This document shows positions 51,234 through 61,374 of a DNA stretch of 64,000 nt, in pieces. How positions within the stretch are numbered: position 1 is the first letter of the stretch; every line of letters begins with the position of its first letter. The notes beneath the pieces were generated by a model. It saw nothing but the letters and a program-made list of their open reading frames with translations. It did no database searches and was not told the origin of the DNA. The position numbers were made by a program, and so were the translations under genes. The DNA is taken from the IMG/VR virus record IMGVR_UViG_3300022777_000031, positions 10,204 through 74,203 of that record. One strand, written 5' to 3'. The stretch comes from a virus.

Positions 51234-54200
51234 ATGGCAGACGAGCAGCTTTTCCGCTCATTGATGGATCGGTTCGACACCCTTTTCGACCGTCGAGCCG
51301 CCAAAGAATCTCAGTACCTCAACTCGCTTGGGGAACGGATGGAGAACGCCTTGGGAAAAGGTTTCAGCCGCCTGGACAACGCTGTAACGAAGGTAGAAGA
51401 GTCTGTTGAGCGGTCCCTTCAAGAGCAACAAAACGTCGAGCTTGAAGCAGTGAGTCCACGTGCTTCGCGAATGAACGTGGGAACGGATGCCTTGGTTGAA
51501 GGGCTTCAGAACATTCAGTTCCAGACTCCGCAAATCTCGAACGTTCAAGAGGTTTTTGATTCATTGAGTTCTTCGATCGAAGAAGAGTCTATCGCTTCCA
51601 TTGAAGAGTTTTCAGAGAAGGTTGAGGCGGCGGGGGAAGAGCTGGATGCAATCGACGTGGACTCTGTAACCGAGTCCATTCAGGCGGGAATGGAAGCTGA
51701 AAGAGAAGGATTCGGCTTCATGGAGCAGATAAGCCGATCGATTGAAAGCATGAAGTCGGCGGTGATGGGGGCGTTTGAAACCGGACCAGCTCAGCAAACC
51801 ATTGAACCGACCGTCGCAACCGAAAAACTTGAAGAGCAACTTGAAGAGTTTGAAGTTGAAGGCGGGTCGCTTTCAACCGTTCAAGAAACGATCACGGGAA
51901 TCAATGAATCATATACGAGTCTTGCACAGTCATCGAAGGTCTCCGGAGAAGCGGTCAATCAGTTTGATGAAGCGTATGGAGAGTTCGTTGAAGAAATCCA
52001 ACAAGTGCAAGAGCTTGTACTGGAAACCGACATTGGCACCGAGGAAGCCGAACAACAAGTTCAGAGCTTACTTGAAGAAGTCGGTGGTCAGTTTGAAGAG
52101 ATATTTGGCGACGAGCTTGAGAAGTCCGAAGAGATCGTTGCGCATCTGCAGGAACTCTCTGGAAGGTTCGCACACAATATGCGGAAAGCTAGTCAGCAAG
52201 CCAGAGAAATGGAGGGTCTTGAAGGCGCTGGTTTTCTTGAGGTGATGTCTCAAGTTTCCGAAGTCGGCGGCCGCTTCACTCTTACAGAAATGGCCGAAAA
52301 CCTTGAAGGTGGGGTTGAACAAGCCAAGGTTCTCAAAGACACGATACAGGGAGCAAATGCCCAAATGACTGCACTTCGAGCGGGTGCGTTTGCGCTTGTC
52401 GGAGCACTTGGAATGGCGAGCGATTTGGTTGAAGACGCATACGACGGCGCCCGAGAGTTTCGAGAAGAAACTGGAATCGGTGCTGACCGCATGAGGGAGA
52501 TCCGTGACTTGGCGGCTCAAACGTCCGCTGAACTCGCTGGATTCGGGCTTTCCCCTGCAGCGACAACAGAGATTCTTGGGGAAATGAGAGAGGTGTTTGG
52601 ATCTGTTCAGACGGCCTCGAAGCTCATGGGAGAAACCCAAGAGCAGTTGGTTGAAAGGTCGGCCGCACTCGCCGGAAGACTTGGCGTTTCAGCTCATCAA
52701 GCGGCCGAGATTCGTGCTGAGTTCTCCGAAATCCAGAAGACCACAGGAGCGAGTGCCGATCAGTTGACTACGGCAACGATTGAACTTGCAGAGCAAAACG
52801 AGGTTGCTCCAACTGAAGCCTTGGAAGACATAGCCGAAAACTCACAGGCACTTGCGAAGTTCGCTGGCGGTGGAGCACAAGAACTCGCGAAGGCAGCGGT
52901 TGAAGCGCAACGGCTCGGCACAAACTTGGGTGAAGTCACGGCATTTCAGGAGAAGGCGCTTTCCGATATTACTGGAACGGTGCAGCAGTTCCAGCAAGCA
53001 CAAATGCTAACTGGACAGGCGTTTGACTCCGCAAAACTTCTTCAAGCGTCTTATCAGGGCACTGCCGAAACTGTTGAACAAATCGGCAAGCAGCTCAAGG
53101 GAATCAACTTTGAAAATCTCGACTACTTCCAAACCACGGCACTTGAAGACGCGTTCGGAATGGACGCGAAGACCTTGGCTACGATAGCCAAGGGCGAGAA
53201 GAAACTGAAGGACCTCAACACGACGGCTGCACGATCTAGAGCTTTGGCACAGGGGGACATTACCTTTGCGCAAGCAGTGAACGCCGACGACGTTGATGAA
53301 GTTGCACGGCTTTCACGCCAGTTTAACCAGTTGTACTTCGTTATCGCAGAAGAGCTTTATCCGGTTCTCTCTGACCTCGTTGAAGCGGTGCTTCCGGGTC
53401 TTACGGCAACACTTCAGATACTTCAGCCTCTCTTGAGTGGAATCGCGACCGGCTTCAAGTTGCTTCTCAGTCCTTTGCAGGGAGTGAGCGCCGGAATGCA
53501 GCTTTTGATGGGAAACGTTGATCGGGCAAAAGAAACATGGGAAGGGTTCAAGTCAAGCGTTTATGACGTTATCAAGCCCGTTGTACAAGTCACCGACTTT
53601 GTTGGGCAGTATCTTGGACTCGACCTCGCCGGAAAGTTGAGCACTGAAAAAGAGAAGTTCGATCAAATCGAAAGCGCGGTTGGAGCACTGAAGACTGCAT
53701 TCGAAGGACTTCTCGTTGGGTTCGGAACGTATTGGGCCGGAAAGTCTTTAGCCTCTCTTCTTTCAGGCGGCGGGTTTGTTGGTAAAGTCGGTGGATGGAT
53801 TGGAAGTATAACCGGCCTTGGAGACGCATTCAAGAGCTTGAAGTTCAAAGTCAAGAAAGCTGCATTCTTCATGAGAGAAGGATGGCGCAAAGCAGTTGAA
53901 GTGGGATCCAAGGCTACAAGTCGGCTTGGAACTGCACTTTCAAACGCAGGACAAGCGATAAGCAACTTTGGCAGCCGACTTGTAACGAAACTCCCAAGTC
54001 TTCAAAAAATGGGCGCTCTTCTTCGCCTTGGGCGAATGAGGGCAATGAGCTTCGTTACCCGGATTCCTTTGCTCGGCGGTGCGATGTCAACGTTGAGTGC
54101 TGCTATGTCCACCGCTGCCACTTCGACGTATGCGTTTGCGACGTCACTTAGCGCAACGGGAATCGGAGCAATCATTCTTGGGATTGCTGCGGCAATCGGT

Positions 54201-55556
54201 GGTGCAGTAGCAGCATTTTACAACTGGGAGGAAACGGTTCAGTTCGTCAAAGACACCTTCAACTCGTTCATGAGCACGGCGTTTGGCGTTGAAAACGCGA
54301 CGAAGAAGCTGTCAAGTGCAGTCTCGGCGGCCGGTGAGTGGTTCAGTTGGCTTGGGAGCGTGATTTGGGATGGAACTCTTGACGCGATTTATGCCTTTGG
54401 GGACGCCCTTCAGTGGGTTTATACGACACTTCAACTCGACCACATTGCTGAGTTCGTAGGCTACATCGGAGGACTTATAGGGAAGTTCTACGAAGCCAAG
54501 ACCGCAGGAGAGGCGCTTGGATCGACACTTGGAGTGCTTGCTTCTCCGCTCAACATTATCGTTGACCGGGTGGGAGACGCAATCAACCTCTTTAGCGAGT
54601 GGATTGAACTTGTTTGGGATCTCGGATCTGCAATCGCCCAAGGAAACTTCGGGGACATTGGTTCAATCCTTGTGGAAGGCATCGGAGACGTGGGAAGCGC
54701 ACTGATTGACGCAATCTTCCCTGACAGCCTACAAAGTTACGTGGCAAGCAAGATGGAAGGCATCACCAGCACAATAACAAGCTATCTTCCATTCAGTCCG
54801 GCAGAGACGGGGCCGCTTGCCGCTTTGGATGAAGTGAACATCGGCGGTGAAATCGCGACAAACATTGACACCGAAAAGGTTCAGGCGGCGATGGAGTCAA
54901 TGGGCACACAAATCAAACAGACGGCCGAAATGGTGCTGCCTGAGCCGGTCGTGGAGGGCGCGTCAGACGTCGTGTCTGCCGTTTATAACGCCTTCACAGG
55001 TGGAGGTGGGGGAGAGCAAGCCGCACAGCAAGCGACCGCTCAAATGTCCGCACAGACCGTCACAATCCAGACCGACGCGATCCAGCAGCAAGCACAAGCC
55101 GGACAGTTTGCGCAGCCACAAGTTCGACAGGAAGCTGGAATGATACAGACGGTCGAACAAATGGAAGGTCGAACGATTGAGCCGCAAGGGCCGCAGCCTA
55201 CCGAAGTGAACGTTGATGAAGGTGGAACAGCGGTCCAAGGGGGAACTGCAGGAGGGGGTGGACAACTAAACATTCAACCCGCAACGCAGCAACCACCACA
55301 AATGAACGTTCAACCTGCGCAAACCGATGTGGCGACGATTTCTGAGCAAGCGACTCAGCCTGTCCAGCAAGACGGTGGCGGCCAGCAAGAAATTCGGGTC
55401 GACTCCGACACTACGAATATGGAGGACTTGCTTCGCCAAATCCGAAACAGCCAGCAGCAGCTTACGCAGGCACTGAAAAATGGCAACATCGCCGTGTATC
55501 TCGACGGCCGCAAGGTCAATAAGGAAATGCTTCGAGATCTCAACGTCGTTGAGTAG
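51234..55556 (+). CDS. Tape measure protein
   Basis: 1440 aa, helical, A/G/E-rich with a hydrophobic middle; ends IAVYLDGRKV; follows the chaperone pair. Confidence 0.88.
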   Translation: MADEQLFRSLMDRFDTLFDRRAAKESQYLNSLGERMENALGKGFSRLDNAVTKVEESVERSLQEQQNVELEAVSPRASRMNVGTDALVEGLQNIQFQTPQISNVQEVFDSLSSSIEEESIASIEEFSEKVEAAGEELDAIDVDSVTESIQAGMEAEREGFGFMEQISRSIESMKSAVMGAFETGPAQQTIEPTVATEKLEEQLEEFEVEGGSLSTVQETITGINESYTSLAQSSKVSGEAVNQFDEAYGEFVEEIQQVQELVLETDIGTEEAEQQVQSLLEEVGGQFEEIFGDELEKSEEIVAHLQELSGRFAHNMRKASQQAREMEGLEGAGFLEVMSQVSEVGGRFTLTEMAENLEGGVEQAKVLKDTIQGANAQMTALRAGAFALVGALGMASDLVEDAYDGAREFREETGIGADRMREIRDLAAQTSAELAGFGLSPAATTEILGEMREVFGSVQTASKLMGETQEQLVERSAALAGRLGVSAHQAAEIRAEFSEIQKTTGASADQLTTATIELAEQNEVAPTEALEDIAENSQALAKFAGGGAQELAKAAVEAQRLGTNLGEVTAFQEKALSDITGTVQQFQQAQMLTGQAFDSAKLLQASYQGTAETVEQIGKQLKGINFENLDYFQTTALEDAFGMDAKTLATIAKGEKKLKDLNTTAARSRALAQGDITFAQAVNADDVDEVARLSRQFNQLYFVIAEELYPVLSDLVEAVLPGLTATLQILQPLLSGIATGFKLLLSPLQGVSAGMQLLMGNVDRAKETWEGFKSSVYDVIKPVVQVTDFVGQYLGLDLAGKLSTEKEKFDQIESAVGALKTAFEGLLVGFGTYWAGKSLASLLSGGGFVGKVGGWIGSITGLGDAFKSLKFKVKKAAFFMREGWRKAVEVGSKATSRLGTALSNAGQAISNFGSRLVTKLPSLQKMGALLRLGRMRAMSFVTRIPLLGGAMSTLSAAMSTAATSTYAFATSLSATGIGAIILGIAAAIGGAVAAFYNWEETVQFVKDTFNSFMSTAFGVENATKKLSSAVSAAGEWFSWLGSVIWDGTLDAIYAFGDALQWVYTTLQLDHIAEFVGYIGGLIGKFYEAKTAGEALGSTLGVLASPLNIIVDRVGDAINLFSEWIELVWDLGSAIAQGNFGDIGSILVEGIGDVGSALIDAIFPDSLQSYVASKMEGITSTITSYLPFSPAETGPLAALDEVNIGGEIATNIDTEKVQAAMESMGTQIKQTAEMVLPEPVVEGASDVVSAVYNAFTGGGGGEQAAQQATAQMSAQTVTIQTDAIQQQAQAGQFAQPQVRQEAGMIQTVEQMEGRTIEPQGPQPTEVNVDEGGTAVQGGTAGGGGQLNIQPATQQPPQMNVQPAQTDVATISEQATQPVQQDGGGQQEIRVDSDTTNMEDLLRQIRNSQQQLTQALKNGNIAVYLDGRKVNKEMLRDLNVVE

Positions 55557-55608
55557 TGATTTTGTAATGCCACCACTATTTATTCAGTGAACCAGACAAC
55601 TCTCGCAA

Positions 55609-58600
55609 GTGGCAAAAGATCAGGGACTTTATAGCGACCTGGACGAGTTCATCGAAGAGGGCGGTCGCCCCGAGGTGAACAAAGATGTCCGGCAGGAAGG
55701 CAACATCCCGACAGGAGAGCCGAAAGAAGGCTCAAACAAGTCGGGAAACATCCCGTCCACGGATCCTCAACCTGAAAGTCCTCAGCAGGCAGGTAATATC
55801 CCAACGGGGGATCCAGACAACGACTCGCCACAGCGGCGAGGAAACATTGACGGCGCAGATCCGCAGCCTGAAAGCCCACGGCGGCAAGGAAACATCGATC
55901 CACGAGAGCAGTCGACGCCCGAAAGTCCAGAGCGGCATCCGATTGACCCGAAAGAGAGCAGGTCGGACACGTCGGAAAGTCAAGGTATCCCTGTATCCGA
56001 CAACGCTCCGGAGCCGCCACAGCGGCGAGGAAACATCCAACCTTCACAGTTCAATCCAGAGGAAGGGAGAGTTGAGCGTGAAGCAAAAGACGACGCCCAA
56101 CCTGAAACCCCACGGCGAAAAGAAAACATTCGGCCGGACGCTTCAAATCGTCCAGAAAACCCAAACCGTGTTGAACGGCAGCCGCGAGAAGAAAACCAAC
56201 CTGAAAGCCCTGACCGTGGTTCTCGCGGACCACGTTCCGATGCAGCTCCACAAGAAGCAAACCAATCTTCACGAGAGGCTCGTGAGGACGCGGCGCCGCA
56301 GGAAGCAAACCAGTCTTCAAGGGAAGCTCGTGAAAACGCAGCACCCCAAGAGCCCGGACGCCGTGTTATCAATCTGAAGGAAGCGGCTCAGCCATCCGAT
56401 CCGACCCGCTCTGGCAACATTTCTCCAACGGAAGGTTCTGAACCACAAGAACCAAGGCAGCGAGGAAACATTCAGCCAACCGAAGAACCGCCAACCACAG
56501 AACCAACGGAGGGCACAGAGATTAGCGTAGGAACGGAGAACCGGCCGCCAGAGGCCGAACAGGAAGGGCGCATTCCAGCCGAAGACAGGCGGCCGCAAGA
56601 ACCTTCACGAGAAGGCATTGAACCAACCGAAGAGTCCGAGCCGCAGGCGCCACAGGAAACGGGAAACATCAATCCCGATGAAGACGTAACACCGCAAAGT
56701 CCGCAGGCAAGCGGCAACATTCCTCCAACTGAAGAGTCCGAGCCACAAGGGCCGAACCGATCGGGCAACATTTCTCCAACCGAGGAAAGCGAGCCGCAAG
56801 GCCCAAATCGTAGTGGGAATATAACTTCGAGTGATGAAGCGGCTCCACAAGGCGACTCGCAAGAGGGAAACATCACGCCACCGGAGGAACCGCAGCCGCA
56901 GTCGCCGCAAACAAGTGAGAACATAACGCCAACCGAAGAGAGCGAACCGGCGGCGCCGAATCGTTCTGAGAACATTTCCCCGACAGAGGAATCAGAGCCT
57001 CAACAGCCTTCTACAAGTGGGAACATCCCGCCGACAGAAGAAAGTGAGCCACAGGAGCCTTCCACGAGCGGCAATATCAGCCCTACCGAAGAGTCAGAGC
57101 CGCAGGGGCCGAACCGCAGTGAAAACATCACGCCGCCGGAAGAGCCACAACCACCGTTCCCGCAGTCGAGCGGAAACATTCCGCCGACAGAGGAAAGCGA
57201 ACCACAAGAGCCCGGCCGATCCAATAACATCCCACCTACGGAAGAAAGCGAGCCGCAGGCGCCGTCCACAAGCGGAAATATCAATCCACCTGAAGAGCCA
57301 CAACCACCAGAGGCTTCACAGGACGGGAATATCTCCCCAACCGAAGAGAGCGAGCCGCAAAGCCCGAGCCGTGAGGAAAACATCACGCCACCGGAGGAAC
57401 CGCAGCCACCTTCTCCGGACAGCGACGGCAGCATAAGCCCGACCGAAGAATCTGAACCGCAAGGTCCGCAAAGAGAGCGCAACATTTCGCCAACGGAAGA
57501 GAGCGAACCAGCGGAACCAAATCAAGACGGAGCGATTAGCCCGACAGAGGAATCCGAGCCTTCTGGGCCGCAAAGAGAGGGCAACATTCCACCGACCGAA
57601 GAATCCGAGCCACCGTCTCCGGATAGCGACGGATTCATTTCTCCAACTGAAGACAGCGAACCGCCAAAACCAGATCAGGACGGATTCATTTCTCCAACGG
57701 AGGAATCCGAGCCACAGGAGCCGGATCAAGATAGGTTCATTGAAGGAACCGAGGACTCAGAGCCACCAGAACCCGATCAGGACGGTTTTATCAGTCCGAC
57801 AGAGGGAAGTGAACCGCCAGAGCCGGACCAGGACGGGGCGATTGACCCGACCGAAGACTCAGAACCACAGGAACCGGACCAAGACGGGTTCATTTCTCCT
57901 ACCGAAGAGTCGGAGCCGCAAGAGCCGCAACGTGAAGGAAACATTGACCCGACAGATGGAGAAACTACAGACGGCATTGGCGGAGAGGACCCGAACAGAG
58001 AGCAGCCGCTGAAGTTTCAGCCTGCTCGATTTAGCAGTCAAATCGATCCCGAGAACACCGACTTCGTTGACACCGTTCCGGGAAGTGAGGACGGCGTTCC
58101 CGAGTGGCAACCGCCGCTTCGTTATCAATCACAGCGATTCGCCGGACAGATTCAGCAAGAGAACACAGACTTCGTTGATACCGTCGCTGGAAAAGGCGAT
58201 GGCGTTCCTGAATGGGAGCCGCCACTTCGACACCAACCACAACGCTTCGTCGAACAAATCCAGCAGGAAGGGCAGTTTGTTGAAGTCGTGGCGGGAAGCG
58301 AAGATGACACCCCCGAGTGGCTTACAACGCTGAAGCACCAGCCACAGCGGTTCGCAAACCAGATTGATCCGACGTCTCCACAGTTTACAGACGAAGTGGC
58401 CGCTGAGTTCGTTGGAGAAAACGACGGCGCGGCAGAGTGGGAAGTTCCACTTCGCCACCACCCGGAGCGATTCGCGAATCAGATTGACTCGCAAAGCGCT
58501 ACATTTCGAGACGGACTTGGAGAAACTTTTCCCGGCGAAGACGACGGCTCTGCAGAGTGGCAAGTCCCATTGAGGCACCACACGAAACGGTATGCTGACC

Positions 58601-61068
58601 AGATCGATCCAGAGGACGAAGGCGGGAAGTACCAACTCGAACAGTTTGTCGCCGGTTCAGATGAGCCGGGTGGACAGATTTCGGAGATGCCCGACTCAGA
58701 GCCATACCAGTGGCCATTCGACTTTCAAGGCAAACGGTTTGAAGGACAAATCGATCCGGAGTCTTCGGAGTTCACCGATGGCGTGGGAGGAAGCTATCCA
58801 CGCTCTGAAAACGCGACTCCTGAATGGCAAGAGGCTCCAGAAAACCAGACACGGTTCAGCGGCCAAATCGATCCGAACAACCCAAACACAACTGACGGCG
58901 TTGGCGGCGAAGACCCGCAAGGGCCACAGCGAGAGGGAAACATTGACCCACAAGACGGTTCAACCACTGACGGCGTTGGCGGAACTTATCCAAACTCTGA
59001 AAACGCAGTCATTGAGGCAAACGAAACCGAGCAGCACCAGACACGGTTTCGTGGAGAAATCGAAGACCTCAACAAAAACGTTCGGCTTCAGCAGTTCAAC
59101 GCTCTTTTCGAGGATGGTCGCAGCGAGCTTCCGCTTGCTGACACGCCGGTTCCACGAGCAGAGTTCACGCAAGCGTCCATCGGCACCCGACAGCCGTTTA
59201 TTCTTCGGCGTCCAGAAGCCGGTGGCGGATCTTCATTTATAGCGAACGTCAAGCAGGCAGACAGCCGCATTGCGCCAGTTGGTTCGGCGGCCGAAGACGT
59301 GGCACGCATGGGAAAGTTTTTTGCCAGCGGCAAAGGTATTGTGTATAACGTCAAGCAGCAGTTCCTGCAAACTCAGAACCCACGAACCCGAACACGCATT
59401 TACGATCCGACCGCACCTGTTCAAACTGCAGGCTCTGGCATGTCGGTTCGGCCGGGACAGCAAATCACAAGACACCTTTCCGCTGACAGCGGCCCTGCAG
59501 GACTTGTGGGCGACGCCGCTTCTCAAATCGGTGACATTGCTGGATTCGACGTTCCGCAAAGCTCGAAGTATATAGACGAGCTGAACGAAGAGGCAGTCCA
59601 GACGGAGTGGGGAGAAATGCGAGGATCCCTTTTCTGGCTTTCCCCCGTGGCGCAAGAGGCGCTTCCTGAAGTTACGGGATCTGGCGCTCGACAGACAGTG
59701 AATCAAATCCGCTCTGGCAACGTCCGAAACATTCGCCCGCTCTTCTCTACCGAAGACAAAGACCAGCTTGCTCAGTTTGCTGCTGGCGCTTTCGCAGGAC
59801 AGGGCGGCGTTGGAAATGGATATCTCTTCACAAACACTTACGACCCGGGTGGCGGCCCGAACGGCGAAGGGCGCACAGAGACAGACAACTACCATCCATC
59901 GGTTCCGTACGTCCGAAACATCGATTCGATGAACAGCCGTGAAGAGCCAACGGCCGCCGCCTACGTGGAGCCTGAGTTTTCCGATCCAGGTCAAGAGCTT
60001 CGCACGCTCAACGAATCAGCACGTACGGCGAAGGACTCAGTATTTCCGTTCATCAATCCAAACTCGACGCCGGACTCTGGCGACATAGCGGACGGAGACG
60101 GAAATGTAATCTCGCAGCGGCAAAACGATTCGACGTCAGAGGTGTATTATGAAAACCGTGCGCTTGCCAGAGACAACGGCCGCATTCCTGTTCACAGAGG
60201 CGTTCCCGGCCAAGAGGAAAGCTACGCGACCCCGAACTACTCCAAGAAAAACCAAGAGGGACAGAAAACCAAACGGATTGACTGGATCAACAGGCTTGAA
60301 CCGATTGTTGGGGAAGGCGCCGATCCTGAGCAGGAAACATTCGGTGGTGGGCGGCACCGCGACCTCATTCCGTTCAAGTTCTATGACATCGAAAACAGCG
60401 GGCTTCTCGTGTTCCGTGCGTTTCTTGAAGGGATCTCTGATAACCTTTCTCCTGAGTGGTCGCAGCAGGACTACACCGGACGGCCAGAGCAAGGGCACAT
60501 TTATGGCGGCTACACAAACTCGATCAGTTTCTCGTTTCAAGTAGCACCCTTCTCCGAAGAAGAGTTTGAAGCTCAGTGGAAGAAGCTCAACTACCTCAAG
60601 GGACTGACGACGCCAAGTGGATATTCAAGCGCACGTGGTGGTGGATCCTACATGACGCCACCGTTTATGCGCATGACGATTGGCGATATGTTCAACGACG
60701 TGTTCGGATACATGAACAGCTTGACCATTGGGGTAAACGACGAAATGGATTGGGAAATCGATCAGAACGTCGGCCGCCTTCCACGAGGCATTGAAGTGGA
60801 CATTGATTGGCAGGTAATCGAGAAGCGTGCTCCGGTTGCTCTGCAGAAGTACTATGACGCTCCATTCATCGATGAAGTTGAAGAGGTGGTTCGAGAAAGT
60901 CCTGAACCACGTGAAGAGGTGCTTCCGAAGAGCGCAGATAAACCCGCCGAACGTCCGGGGGTTGATACAAACCGGGCAATCGAGCAATCCCAAGAGAGCG
61001 CCGCAGGAGAAGGTGGCGGCAACATTGGAGACGCGACACCGTTTGCAGACATATCAAACTTCGCATAA
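55609..61068 (+). CDS. 1819-aa protein: disordered P/E/Q repeat N-terminus, second repeat region and C-terminal tube-initiator/baseplate (gp48/gp54-like) domain
   Basis: C-terminal LIPFKF..VFRAFLEGISDN.SPEW..YTGRPE..YGGY..SISFSF..KLNYL..PPFMRMTIGD. Confidence 0.75.
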   Translation: MAKDQGLYSDLDEFIEEGGRPEVNKDVRQEGNIPTGEPKEGSNKSGNIPSTDPQPESPQQAGNIPTGDPDNDSPQRRGNIDGADPQPESPRRQGNIDPREQSTPESPERHPIDPKESRSDTSESQGIPVSDNAPEPPQRRGNIQPSQFNPEEGRVEREAKDDAQPETPRRKENIRPDASNRPENPNRVERQPREENQPESPDRGSRGPRSDAAPQEANQSSREAREDAAPQEANQSSREARENAAPQEPGRRVINLKEAAQPSDPTRSGNISPTEGSEPQEPRQRGNIQPTEEPPTTEPTEGTEISVGTENRPPEAEQEGRIPAEDRRPQEPSREGIEPTEESEPQAPQETGNINPDEDVTPQSPQASGNIPPTEESEPQGPNRSGNISPTEESEPQGPNRSGNITSSDEAAPQGDSQEGNITPPEEPQPQSPQTSENITPTEESEPAAPNRSENISPTEESEPQQPSTSGNIPPTEESEPQEPSTSGNISPTEESEPQGPNRSENITPPEEPQPPFPQSSGNIPPTEESEPQEPGRSNNIPPTEESEPQAPSTSGNINPPEEPQPPEASQDGNISPTEESEPQSPSREENITPPEEPQPPSPDSDGSISPTEESEPQGPQRERNISPTEESEPAEPNQDGAISPTEESEPSGPQREGNIPPTEESEPPSPDSDGFISPTEDSEPPKPDQDGFISPTEESEPQEPDQDRFIEGTEDSEPPEPDQDGFISPTEGSEPPEPDQDGAIDPTEDSEPQEPDQDGFISPTEESEPQEPQREGNIDPTDGETTDGIGGEDPNREQPLKFQPARFSSQIDPENTDFVDTVPGSEDGVPEWQPPLRYQSQRFAGQIQQENTDFVDTVAGKGDGVPEWEPPLRHQPQRFVEQIQQEGQFVEVVAGSEDDTPEWLTTLKHQPQRFANQIDPTSPQFTDEVAAEFVGENDGAAEWEVPLRHHPERFANQIDSQSATFRDGLGETFPGEDDGSAEWQVPLRHHTKRYADQIDPEDEGGKYQLEQFVAGSDEPGGQISEMPDSEPYQWPFDFQGKRFEGQIDPESSEFTDGVGGSYPRSENATPEWQEAPENQTRFSGQIDPNNPNTTDGVGGEDPQGPQREGNIDPQDGSTTDGVGGTYPNSENAVIEANETEQHQTRFRGEIEDLNKNVRLQQFNALFEDGRSELPLADTPVPRAEFTQASIGTRQPFILRRPEAGGGSSFIANVKQADSRIAPVGSAAEDVARMGKFFASGKGIVYNVKQQFLQTQNPRTRTRIYDPTAPVQTAGSGMSVRPGQQITRHLSADSGPAGLVGDAASQIGDIAGFDVPQSSKYIDELNEEAVQTEWGEMRGSLFWLSPVAQEALPEVTGSGARQTVNQIRSGNVRNIRPLFSTEDKDQLAQFAAGAFAGQGGVGNGYLFTNTYDPGGGPNGEGRTETDNYHPSVPYVRNIDSMNSREEPTAAAYVEPEFSDPGQELRTLNESARTAKDSVFPFINPNSTPDSGDIADGDGNVISQRQNDSTSEVYYENRALARDNGRIPVHRGVPGQEESYATPNYSKKNQEGQKTKRIDWINRLEPIVGEGADPEQETFGGGRHRDLIPFKFYDIENSGLLVFRAFLEGISDNLSPEWSQQDYTGRPEQGHIYGGYTNSISFSFQVAPFSEEEFEAQWKKLNYLKGLTTPSGYSSARGGGSYMTPPFMRMTIGDMFNDVFGYMNSLTIGVNDEMDWEIDQNVGRLPRGIEVDIDWQVIEKRAPVALQKYYDAPFIDEVEEVVRESPEPREEVLPKSADKPAERPGVDTNRAIEQSQESAAGEGGGNIGDATPFADISNFA
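55690..57960 (+). repeat. Coding tandem repeats, mostly 17 aa (51 nt): xGNIxPTEESEPQxPxx
   Basis: Several dozen imperfect units, e.g. SGNISPTEESEPQGPNR. Confidence 0.85.
58006..59075 (+). repeat. About nine 35-40-aa repeats: PLRHQPxRFxxQIDPxxxxFxDxVxGxxxGxxEW
   Basis: Visible in the translation of 55609-61068. Confidence 0.7.
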
Positions 61069-61071
61069 CCT

Positions 61072-61374
61072 ATGGAACGTTATCAGCAAGCAGATATTCG
61101 AGAAACTTCCGGCGGCAAGGACTTCTATGAGAGCCAGCTTCTTCCTGACATTCCACGTCGTCCAGGGGACATTATTATCACGACTGAGAGCGGCCAGCGG
61201 CTCGACCGCCTTGCGTTTCGGTATTATGACGACGCAAAGCTGTGGTGGGTAATCGCCGCCGCAAATGAGCTTGGCCGTGGCGACTGGACGGTGCCTGCGG
61301 GAATCCAGCTTCGCATACCTCAAAACCTTTCGGCAGTCTCAACCGAAATCGAGAGCATCAATAACCAGCGATGA
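61072..61374 (+). CDS. LysM-like baseplate wedge protein (gp53 / tail X-like)
   Basis: GQRLDRLAFRYYDDAKLWWVIAAAN..G.QLRIP. Confidence 0.85.
   Translation: MERYQQADIRETSGGKDFYESQLLPDIPRRPGDIIITTESGQRLDRLAFRYYDDAKLWWVIAAANELGRGDWTVPAGIQLRIPQNLSAVSTEIESINNQR

Noticed and set aside
55690-59075. CRISPR array or DGR in the repeat region
   Set aside because: The repeats are in-frame, degenerate at third positions and lack unique spacers. No cas or reverse transcriptase gene is in the window.
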